From IMG/VR virus record IMGVR_UViG_3300027710_000027: a stretch of 64,000 bases of DNA. The stretch is one strand, 5' to 3'. Origin of the DNA: a virus. The position numbers and the translations under genes are program-made. Below the pieces are notes generated by a model. It was not told the origin of the DNA, searched no databases, and saw only the letters and a list, made by a program, of their open reading frames with translations. Shown one piece after another: positions 57,328-64,000 of the stretch. Numbering within the stretch: the first letter of the stretch is position 1; every line of letters begins with the position of its first letter.

Positions 57328-57653
57328 ATAATAATTAATAAAGTGATTGTAATTAACCAAAGGGCAATCATGAAGATCGCGAAACGTTTTCTCTCATTCA
57401 TACGTTCAGGATATAGTGAGCGTATAAAAATAAACTAACAGCCCACACTAACCATAATGTAATGGCACTGTATACAATTGCTTTTTCTTTCTTATCCATT
57501 GTTATTTTTATTTAAGTTATCTACATAAACCGCCATCGCTAATACTAACAAACCAGCAGTAAACAATAAAAATGTGGCCGTCATAAATCCAAAGTAACTA
57601 CTTGGTAGCACCGAGGCAAACAAGCCGTATGAAATTTTAAATAGTGAATTCAT
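57324..57653 (-). CDS. Three translationally coupled TM micropeptides (57492-57653, 57398-57499, 57324-57401)
   Basis: Manual translation: 53, 33 and 25 aa hydrophobic peptides with overlapping stop/start codons. Confidence 0.55.
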
Positions 57654-57892
57654 AGTTCTGTATATTGATAAATTATTTCATTAAAATCATGGACTAAGTC
57701 CTTACTAAGTCCGCTATTACTAACCCATATTAAGTTGTTACCATCGTAGCACTGCAGTATGTACCTCTTGGTCGTAGGGTCTCGTGTAAAATTCAACTGA
57801 ACTATCCGACCCGTTGCCGTAGGTAGGCGAAACATCCCGCCTTTTGTCCCAGAAATTAGCATCTCTCTGAACCGATCTATTTGATCTATCAT
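57650..57892 (-). CDS. Hypothetical protein
   Basis: 80 aa; ATGA overlap with the downstream peptide. Confidence 0.5.
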   Translation of the reverse strand: MIDQIDRFREMLISGTKGGMFRLPTATGRIVQLNFTRDPTTKRYILQCYDGNNLIWVSNSGLSKDLVHDFNEIIYQYTEL

Positions 57893-58028
57893 TATCTATC
57901 TGATTTAAAAATTGTTGGTGCTTCGCATTGTTATATTGCTCCACAAATTGTAAGATTTGATTGTCGTATTCGCAAGTCTGCCCGAACTGAGCATACTCGC
58001 ACCATTCGTTGTATGTCATTTGCTCCAT
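57738..58028 (-). CDS. Hypothetical protein
   Basis: MEQMTYNEWCEY; long 3' overlap with 57650..57892. Confidence 0.4.
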   Translation of the reverse strand: MEQMTYNEWCEYAQFGQTCEYDNQILQFVEQYNNAKHQQFLNQIDNDRSNRSVQRDANFWDKRRDVSPTYGNGSDSSVEFYTRPYDQEVHTAVLRW

Positions 58029-58687
58029 TGTTTAGCGATGGCCTTGGCCATTCCTTGAAAAGTTTTACTGCGTAATGTTCTACGTTCAGCAGATGTTTTG
58101 GCTTCACTTAATGCTTTGTAGTACCACATAGGTTGTTTCTTTACTACACCTTTTTTAGTGGTAAACTCAAAGAATTCACCCCTATCTACTATATCAGTAG
58201 GAGCCAGTTTAGGTAGCCCCTTTAGCCAAAAACAAGTAGACTTACTTGCCTTGTCACCAAACATCCAAGGCTGAACTATCTGATCAGGCTTGCGCCATAG
58301 TGAACTAAGTGATCCTATTGGATTCTCAATTGCTATGCAAGGAATATCACACTCATAAAGTCTTTTAACAAAATCTACTGCATCATCCCTATCTTTTTTA
58401 CGTGTAGGGTATTTTGGATGGGGTCTTCTATCTTGACTTAATAAATGCTTGTCTTCAGGATGATACAACCATTGAGTACCGCTTTGAGATAGATAGGTGC
58501 ATGGTGGATGGGCGATCATTATATCCCATCCATTACTAATCACCTCAAATACATCCCCTTGTATGTGCCACTCAGGATGTCCACCACTACATGGCAATAA
58601 ATCGCAACTGAATGCCTCATGGCCTAGTGCTCGCAGTTCTTTAGTGACTGCTTGGCTTTCTTCACATGCTACTAATATCCTTTTCAT
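58016..58687 (-). CDS. DNA cytosine-5 methyltransferase (short phage type)
   Basis: ILVACEESQ motif I, AHPPCTYL catalytic PC, IENP, QPWMFG, KSTCFWL. Confidence 0.85.
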   Translation of the reverse strand: MKRILVACEESQAVTKELRALGHEAFSCDLLPCSGGHPEWHIQGDVFEVISNGWDIMIAHPPCTYLSQSGTQWLYHPEDKHLLSQDRRPHPKYPTRKKDRDDAVDFVKRLYECDIPCIAIENPIGSLSSLWRKPDQIVQPWMFGDKASKSTCFWLKGLPKLAPTDIVDRGEFFEFTTKKGVVKKQPMWYYKALSEAKTSAERRTLRSKTFQGMAKAIAKQWSK

Positions 58688-58920
58688 TATGTTAAAGTTA
58701 TGTCAATGTTAGCTTCTTTGTACTGAAAATTAAACCCAATAAATCCGGTTGTATTGCCTAGTCGGCCTTCGCCAAATAGACTAGCTTTAAGGCCCAGGTC
58801 ACGATCAAACGAGCCCTGCAATGCAATGCGGTAAGGGCTAATTGTAATTGAATAAAAATCTAATGCAGTCATGTTTGCCTCGGCTAAAAACTGCTCAACT
58901 AATTTTAAATTGTTTTCCAT
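58687..58920 (-). CDS. Hypothetical protein
   Basis: 77 aa ORF coupled to the MTase. Confidence 0.5.
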   Translation of the reverse strand: MENNLKLVEQFLAEANMTALDFYSITISPYRIALQGSFDRDLGLKASLFGEGRLGNTTGFIGFNFQYKEANIDITLT

Positions 58921-58948
58921 TGTATTTTATTGTTTATAAGGTTATTAA

Positions 58949-59146
58949 TTAAAATCCAGTATGCTCACGCTGAAACTCATCGCTGATTTGTTTCTTTCTA
59001 TTGGCATAAAACTCTTTGTAAAAATCACGATTTTGTTTCTCGGCATTGCAGTTCTCGCAAAGCCCTTCAAACCATAGGTCATGTCGACCTTTTAATTCCC
59101 CACATTCGTGGCATGACCAAATGTCTTCTTGTTTTGTAAGTCCCAT
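58949..59146 (-). CDS. Small Zn-finger protein
   Basis: CHEC and CENC pairs. Confidence 0.55.
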   Translation of the reverse strand: MGLTKQEDIWSCHECGELKGRHDLWFEGLCENCNAEKQNRDFYKEFYANRKKQISDEFQREHTGF

Positions 59147-59147
59147 T

Positions 59148-59348
59148 TTAATTTTCTTTAAGGTTTCTAAAATAATCTTCGTAACATTCGTAAAGGTTTT
59201 TATACCCATCATCATATCCCGACTTCAAAAAGTCTTCATACAATGTAATTAGTTCACCGAACAAGAAATCATATTCAAGTTCTTTGTTCACGCAATTATA
59301 TGCAAAAGCCAACTGCGTGAATAGAAAAAATTCATAATCGTATTTCAT
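59148..59348 (-). CDS. Hypothetical protein
   Basis: 66 aa Tyr/Phe/Glu-rich ORF. Confidence 0.5.
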   Translation of the reverse strand: MKYDYEFFLFTQLAFAYNCVNKELEYDFLFGELITLYEDFLKSGYDDGYKNLYECYEDYFRNLKEN

Positions 59349-59352
59349 TTTC

Positions 59353-59838
59353 TTATCTAGTTACGTGTTCTCTATAAATTTCTACTAACTCAGCATGCTC
59401 ATCCGCATTCACGAAATGAAACATGTCCATGAACTCATTGAATGACTCGCAGTCATCTAGTCTAGGGATCGCTTCCGATTCTAAAAAGTCACTCCATTCC
59501 TCAAAATGGTACTTGCCTTCGAGGTATGTAAACTCTAAGTTAAACACCAGGCCACCCTTGTCAAACCCAAACTTGCCTGCTATGTCTGAGCCCCACTCAT
59601 CGTACTCGCATTCTATTACTAGACTATAATCTTTGCTTAGTGATTGCAGTTTATCCTTCGGTGGTGACCACCTAGACTCTGCACTAAACTCTAAGCTAGT
59701 AGGGTCTTTGCTAAAATCGCCTAAGCCTACTACCACAAATTCATCTTCGTACCTATCTTTAATTAGGTTATCGTAAAACATTCGCATCCCTTTTTCACTC
59801 CCGAAAACTTGGATGTAATTAAAGCAGTTATTTGCCAT
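59353..59838 (-). CDS. DUF1281/YubB-like ferredoxin-fold protein
   Basis: MANNCFN...FSAESRWSPP...YDEWG...GKF. Confidence 0.65.
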   Translation of the reverse strand: MANNCFNYIQVFGSEKGMRMFYDNLIKDRYEDEFVVVGLGDFSKDPTSLEFSAESRWSPPKDKLQSLSKDYSLVIECEYDEWGSDIAGKFGFDKGGLVFNLEFTYLEGKYHFEEWSDFLESEAIPRLDDCESFNEFMDMFHFVNADEHAELVEIYREHVTR

Positions 59839-60047
59839 TAGATTGCTTTTAAAAAGTTTAAAATTGATTGCGTTTTAGTCGTGTACTTACTGATATAATC
59901 AGTCATGGCTTCGCCTATTTCCGTGAAAATTGATAATTCCAGTAAATCAGAATCAGCCCTATTAAATACTTTTACAATGATTACACCCCCCTCGGAGGCC
60001 ACCACGTGCAGGGTATACTCGCCTTGGTTTATGATTTTTCTTGCCAT
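59838..60047 (-). CDS. Early hypothetical protein
   Basis: 69 aa ORF. Confidence 0.5.
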   Translation of the reverse strand: MARKIINQGEYTLHVVASEGGVIIVKVFNRADSDLLELSIFTEIGEAMTDYISKYTTKTQSILNFLKAI

Positions 60048-60087
60048 TATAAATTGCGTTTATCACACTCACGCTTTCGCGTGATGC

Positions 60088-60282
60088 TTAGTTAAATAAT
60101 TCGTTCCATTCATCGGGAGTAATTCCAGTAATTAGGAACTCCCTTTGTTCGCTAGACAAATGAGGCACTATGTTTTGGATCAATTCGATTTTTAAATTAA
60201 TTCGCTCTAATTGATCGCTTGTAATATCTAAATCCATTGAGGATATTTTACCACTAATACGGCTTTGCTTTGTGACTTGCAT
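60088..60282 (-). CDS. Conserved early phage protein
   Basis: LIQNIVPHLSSEQREFLITGITPDEW. Confidence 0.65.
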   Translation of the reverse strand: MQVTKQSRISGKISSMDLDITSDQLERINLKIELIQNIVPHLSSEQREFLITGITPDEWNELFN

Positions 60283-60288
60283 AGTAAA

Positions 60289-60390
60289 TTATTTTGTAGC
60301 GTTAAAGGCATCTATAATTAGTACAACCACTAAGGATACCGTGACAAATGCAATGAAACCAAATATTAGATTTAAGATTAAATTTTCCAT
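60289..60390 (-). CDS. 33-aa TM microprotein
   Basis: Manual translation MENLILNLIFGFIAFVTVSLVVVLIIDAFNATK. Confidence 0.5.
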   Translation of the reverse strand: MENLILNLIFGFIAFVTVSLVVVLIIDAFNATK

Positions 60391-60391
60391 G

Positions 60392-60733
60392 TTAATAATT
60401 ATTTAAAACGTTTTGAATTAATGTATCTAAGTTTGAATAAGGCTTGCCTAATGCCTCGATAAGGTCGGAAACAATCGCCAAATATCTTTGGTTTTGTGCC
60501 TCTAAATTGTAGGGCTCGCCTAGGCTAAACTCGAAGCCCTCCGATAAATCGGTAATGTTTTGAATTTGTAGCGCGCAAAGGCCCTCTAAATCATCCCACT
60601 GCGGGCTCGCATAAATATCTGTTTTCCCGTCCGTCCAAAATAAACTTTGGCAATGAAAGTCTGAATAAAGGGTAAAATCCAGTATTTTGTCCGTTCCAAA
60701 ATTTGGTTTAGTATAATCTATAAATTTTTCCAT
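60392..60733 (-). CDS. Early hypothetical protein
   Basis: 113 aa ORF. Confidence 0.55.
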   Translation of the reverse strand: MEKFIDYTKPNFGTDKILDFTLYSDFHCQSLFWTDGKTDIYASPQWDDLEGLCALQIQNITDLSEGFEFSLGEPYNLEAQNQRYLAIVSDLIEALGKPYSNLDTLIQNVLNNY

Positions 60734-60737
60734 TTGA

Positions 60738-60902
60738 TTAATTAATTTTTTCGAATAAGGCTCTTTCGCCTTTAATATCTTGAGTGTTATAATAGGCTAC
60801 TTTCTTTTTTCCTTTTTCAAACTGATAAACTTTGTACCCTTTTGCCGTAGGCTCTATCAATTCGATAGTAATTTGCGGGTTAAATTTGTGTACGTAATTC
60901 AT
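60738..60902 (-). CDS. 54-aa early protein
   Basis: Manual translation MNYVHKFNPQITIELIEPTAKGYKVYQ...FEKIN. Confidence 0.5.
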   Translation of the reverse strand: MNYVHKFNPQITIELIEPTAKGYKVYQFEKGKKKVAYYNTQDIKGERALFEKIN

Positions 60903-60950
60903 TTTAAAAATACGGTTGCCTATACACCGAAAGGTATTAAGGTGATTAAA

Positions 60951-61649
60951 TTAAGCTACCACGAAGCCCGTTAAATCTTTTTTAGCCCGTCCTTTTGCTT
61001 TTAGTCCTAGGATGACGGCACCCGACTCAAGCATTAAATCGTCCGCGCTATCCCCGTCTATTACCTTTGTGCCTAGGTAGGTTTTTGGTAGGTCTTTTTT
61101 GTGGTGAAAAACTACGGACACGGGCACGCCGTACATTAGGGCTTGGATCGCTTCCGCTTCGTTGTTTTCAGCGCGTGAAAATGTAAGCTTGTAACGTGTC
61201 CCCGCGTATTTTTTCACTTTTCCCAGGATTTTGGTATAATCGTAAAATTCTAAGTTCTGAAACGTTTCTAATACATCTAAACCGATTTGATTTTTTATAA
61301 TGGAAATGAAATCTAAATCGCTTGTTCCGTTTAATCGGATTGCAATTTTAGCCCCTTGTTTTTGGGCCTTGTTATTTAATGCAGTTAACTCCTTTGCGAT
61401 TTGCTCGCAAAATTGTTTTTTGGAATTTATATAAAATTCCGTCCTATTTTGGCGCGCTTTTTGTATGCTATTGAATGCACCACGGCCCGCCGTAAATAAA
61501 CATCCTATAATACATCCCTTTGTAGCTTTGGTACAAATGTTTATACCTTTTGAATTTTGATTATAAGGACTCATGTATAAAATATGAGTCTCTAAAATGT
61601 TTTTAGCCGTTTTCGCGTTTGTTGTTCCTTTGCTTAATAAAGTTTTCAT
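60951..61649 (-). CDS. GP88-like protein
   Basis: CTKA...CIIGC, IRLNGTSD, FYDYTK, LTFS, DGDSADD, LKAKG. Confidence 0.75.
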   Translation of the reverse strand: MKTLLSKGTTNAKTAKNILETHILYMSPYNQNSKGINICTKATKGCIIGCLFTAGRGAFNSIQKARQNRTEFYINSKKQFCEQIAKELTALNNKAQKQGAKIAIRLNGTSDLDFISIIKNQIGLDVLETFQNLEFYDYTKILGKVKKYAGTRYKLTFSRAENNEAEAIQALMYGVPVSVVFHHKKDLPKTYLGTKVIDGDSADDLMLESGAVILGLKAKGRAKKDLTGFVVA

Positions 61650-61672
61650 ATTGCGTATTTTTGTGATTGTGA

Positions 61673-61891
61673 TTAATTATATATTTCGATTTCAGGATAG
61701 TACTTATTTAGATATCTAAAAAGCGTATCCCTCTTCTTAAATCGCTTTATTGTTTCTCTATCCGTCCACGGTGTCGAATAACTGTATTCCTTTAATATAG
61801 CTATATAGTGACCTTTAAAAATTTCATTTTCATTAGCTAGTAATAATACATTGTCACTAACTACATTTTCTTTTAAAATATACGTTTCCAT
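61673..61891 (-). CDS. Early hypothetical protein
   Basis: 72 aa ORF. Confidence 0.55.
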   Translation of the reverse strand: METYILKENVVSDNVLLLANENEIFKGHYIAILKEYSYSTPWTDRETIKRFKKRDTLFRYLNKYYPEIEIYN

Positions 61892-61901
61892 TTTATTTTG
61901 T

Positions 61902-62210
61902 TTATGCTAGTTCCTCAATTAGTTCCTCAATATCCGACGTACAAAATTCCTCGTTTATGAATTCTTGCAATGCTACGCAAGCGGCTTGCGTAATGTTTGT
62001 AATTTCGCCTAGTTCGTGATTATTCCAATCAGTAAAATTTAATTCTTTGCATATGTCAAAACAATCAGAATAATAAATACAAGCGTTTTCTATTTCCTCA
62101 TTTTGGTACTCCCAAACGTCGGAAATATCCGTAATTTCTCCGCTCTTAATAGCTCCAATTATTGAATTTTTAACGCTATCTAAAAATAAATACTTATTAA
62201 AATTTTTCAT
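61902..62210 (-). CDS. Early acidic hypothetical protein
   Basis: EIENACIYYSDCFDI motif. Confidence 0.55.
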   Translation of the reverse strand: MKNFNKYLFLDSVKNSIIGAIKSGEITDISDVWEYQNEEIENACIYYSDCFDICKELNFTDWNNHELGEITNITQAACVALQEFINEEFCTSDIEELIEELA

Positions 62211-62235
62211 TTTGTTATTTTTTAAAGGTGATAAA

Positions 62236-62532
62236 TTAATATTGTGGCGCATACTCGCGGACGTAATAAGCGAATAGCTCTTTTTTAGTGAACGCTTTGC
62301 GATATCCCGTGCATTGAGTTAAATAGCCGTCCTTTGTTTTTATTACATTGTCTTTTCTCCAATAGTAATAAGCCGAAATGTCATGCACGCTAAAAAGGTA
62401 GTCATGTTCTTGATCCGGACACAATTGATAAGCTATAAACTCCGCATGTGCAAAATCTTTCGCTTTAATTCTTTTTTCGAATACTAGGCTAAAATCCTCG
62501 GCCGTTTCATAGTTTAAATAAAATGTTTTCAT
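62236..62532 (-). CDS. First early protein, hypothetical
   Basis: 98 aa ORF downstream of the early promoter. Confidence 0.55.
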   Translation of the reverse strand: MKTFYLNYETAEDFSLVFEKRIKAKDFAHAEFIAYQLCPDQEHDYLFSVHDISAYYYWRKDNVIKTKDGYLTQCTGYRKAFTKKELFAYYVREYAPQY

Positions 62533-62589
62533 AACTCTATAATTTTAGTAGATTAAATGATATTTTTTTGTTGTTTCCGTTTGTTGATG

Positions 62590-62621
62590 CAATACTACGG
62601 CGCATTTTTTTATTGTGCAAA
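62590..62621 (-). promoter_or_regulatory. Early Bacteroidota sigma70 promoter
   Basis: Minus strand TTTG, 20-nt spacer, TAGTATTG (one mismatch to TAnnTTTG). Confidence 0.65.
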
Positions 62622-63062
62622 TATTTTGTTGAAAAAATGTGGAAAAAATGTGGAAAAAAATAGGCCGTTTCCCTGGAAATTACGGAAATAATACAATAAA
62701 ATATATCGATTAAGATCAATTAAAGCATATTTGCATTAAAAAAGTACAAAGAAAAATATTTTTTTGTTGGTAAAACAAATTGCGAAAAAATAGTGAAATG
62801 TTATGTAAAATTTAAAAGTATGTGAATTTTCGAGCGGGTGCAAAGGTGAAGCTTCGCGCGTCTCGAATTTTATTTTTAGGCGCGTCTAAAAAAATTTTTA
62901 GAGCGATTGTAATGGGGCAATTTGAAAAACGTCTAAATAATATATAGAGCAGTTCGGTAATTAGACAAATGTCTAAACGTTTCCGAAATGTATTTAGATA
63001 GATAGCTAAATAAATAATGAAACGGCACGGCCCGAAAAATCGCAACGTCGGAAACCTAGCAC

Positions 63063-63082
63063 AGCATAGCATAGCATAGCTA
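63063..63082 (+). repeat. (AGCAT)n microsatellite
   Basis: AGCATAGCATAGCATAGC. Confidence 0.8.
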
Positions 63083-63228
63083 GAAAAAAGCTAAAAATCT
63101 GAAAGCAAAATTGCCAAATCCGACCCCCCCTATCGATCGGCCAGGCGTTTCCCCGCGACCCGCCCGCAAGAAATTCCTAGTGGGTACCCTCAACCCCTGT
63201 ATATGACATATTCTTTTTATCTTTGTGT

Positions 63229-63492
63229 ATGCAGTCACAGAAATACATGGGTCGTAACCAATTGGTTGATAGGCTTGCCTCACAGGTGGGTTCTAGAGAC
63301 ATGGCTATTGGTATACTTAAGAAGCGTGGAGATTTAAATTCATTTGGTAAGCTTACAGCCAAGGGTGCTAAACGCAATGCGATGACTGCTAGTGAGCGTG
63401 CGATAGACCGTGCATCAAGGACCTCAGGTCGAAGTAAAAATGAGTATGTTTACAATCGGTTAACTAACAGAGCAACTTTAAGAAACAGATAA
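63229..63492 (+). CDS. Basic conserved phage protein
   Basis: RLASQVG...AIGILKKRG...RNAMTASERAIDR; TATCTTTG box at 63218-63225. Confidence 0.7.
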   Translation: MQSQKYMGRNQLVDRLASQVGSRDMAIGILKKRGDLNSFGKLTAKGAKRNAMTASERAIDRASRTSGRSKNEYVYNRLTNRATLRNR

Positions 63493-63498
63493 TAAAAA

Positions 63499-63529
63499 CC
63501 CAGGTTCACAAGACTTGGGTCTTTTTTTG
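63499..63529 (+). terminator. Intrinsic terminator
   Basis: ACCCAGGT...ACTTGGGT followed by a T7 tract. Confidence 0.75.
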
Positions 63530-63540
63530 CCTAAAAAAGC

Positions 63541-63785
63541 ATTGTACTTTTCCAAGACCAATTGTACTATTTGTAAAGTTGTACACAAACGATGTTGAAT
63601 TGTGTACACTTTTTTTTAAAGTTTACATTTATAACTTATTGATATATAGTTATTTATATATTTTATTATTAGATTATGTATAAAATGAACAAAATATAAT
63701 GGAAAATTAGAAAAATTTTTTTTCTCTAAAATAAAAAAATATTATTTACGTAATGGGGGGTAAAGTTCTACATTTGTACACAAAT
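63541..63785. repeat. AT-rich iteron-like element B (paralogue of element A)
   Basis: TGTACA at 63580, 63603, 63775; TGTACT x2; IHF consensus TAACTTATTGATA at 63632-63644. Confidence 0.65.
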
Positions 63786-63852
63786 AAATTTGTGGCATGA
63801 TAGTTGTTTAGTGTTGCTATTGTATATAAATTTGTAACAAATAAAATCTAAC

Positions 63853-64000
63853 ATGATAGTAAAAGACATAGTCTTCGGAAGTGAAGGCAGACAGAAATTA
63901 ATCAAAGGCGTAAATACCATAGCTAACGCTGTGGGGTCAACACTAGGAGCTCGTGGTCGCACGGTGCTCATTGAGTCAGAGCAACACGTTGGTGGTATTA
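63853..64000 (+). CDS. groEL: Chaperonin GroEL, N-terminal part; 3' truncated by the window edge
   Basis: Manual translation MIVKDIVFGSEGRQKLIKGVNTIANAVGSTLGARGRTVLIE; TAAATTTG promoter at 63827-63834. Confidence 0.95.
   Translation, partial: MIVKDIVFGSEGRQKLIKGVNTIANAVGSTLGARGRTVLIESEQHVGGI

Noticed and set aside
62537-63377. Minus-strand ORFs 62537..62719, 62812..63072, 63080..63283 and 63177..63377
   Set aside because: Low-complexity translations of promoter/terminus DNA with no coding signal
1-64000. Alternative genetic code or tRNA genes
   Set aside because: Core genes are intact in code 11 using all three stops; no cloverleaf seen by eye (tRNAscan not run)
1-64000. Prophage or temperate lifestyle
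   Set aside because: No integrase, repressor/antirepressor pair, att site or flanking host genes seen

Overview
This window looks like nearly the whole genome of a lytic, podovirus-type tailed phage of Bacteroidota (phi38:1/crAss-like architecture). Host-type TAnnTTTG promoters occur throughout. A GroEL gene starts at 63853 and its 3' end reappears at 1-428, so the replicon is probably circular or permuted, about 65 kb, with about 1 kb of groEL outside the window. The + strand carries groES, a cluster of small Lys-rich proteins, a head-spike base, lysis genes, an HNH endonuclease, a giant Gly-Ser-Thr-repeat fibre, a tandem GroES-like protein, terminase, portal, scaffold, capsid, tail and ejection proteins. 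The - strand carries an NrdAi/NrdBi-type ribonucleotide reductase, SF2 helicase, PAPS-reductase-like protein, VirE/D5 primase-helicase, SSB, Sak/exonuclease, C5 methyltransferase and early genes. I saw no DNA polymerase, integrase, tRNA or CRISPR array. Top leads: (1) a GT4 plus TibC/Aah-type glycosyltransferase next to a Ser/Thr-rich fibre, a candidate virion O-glycosylation system; (2) twin iteron/IHF elements with conserved spacing, a P4 ori+crr-like replicon candidate; (3) a kissing-loop RNA leader on the HNH gene; (4) a three-component chaperonin set; (5) a class Id-clade RNR variant. All family calls are by motif recognition only, without database searches.
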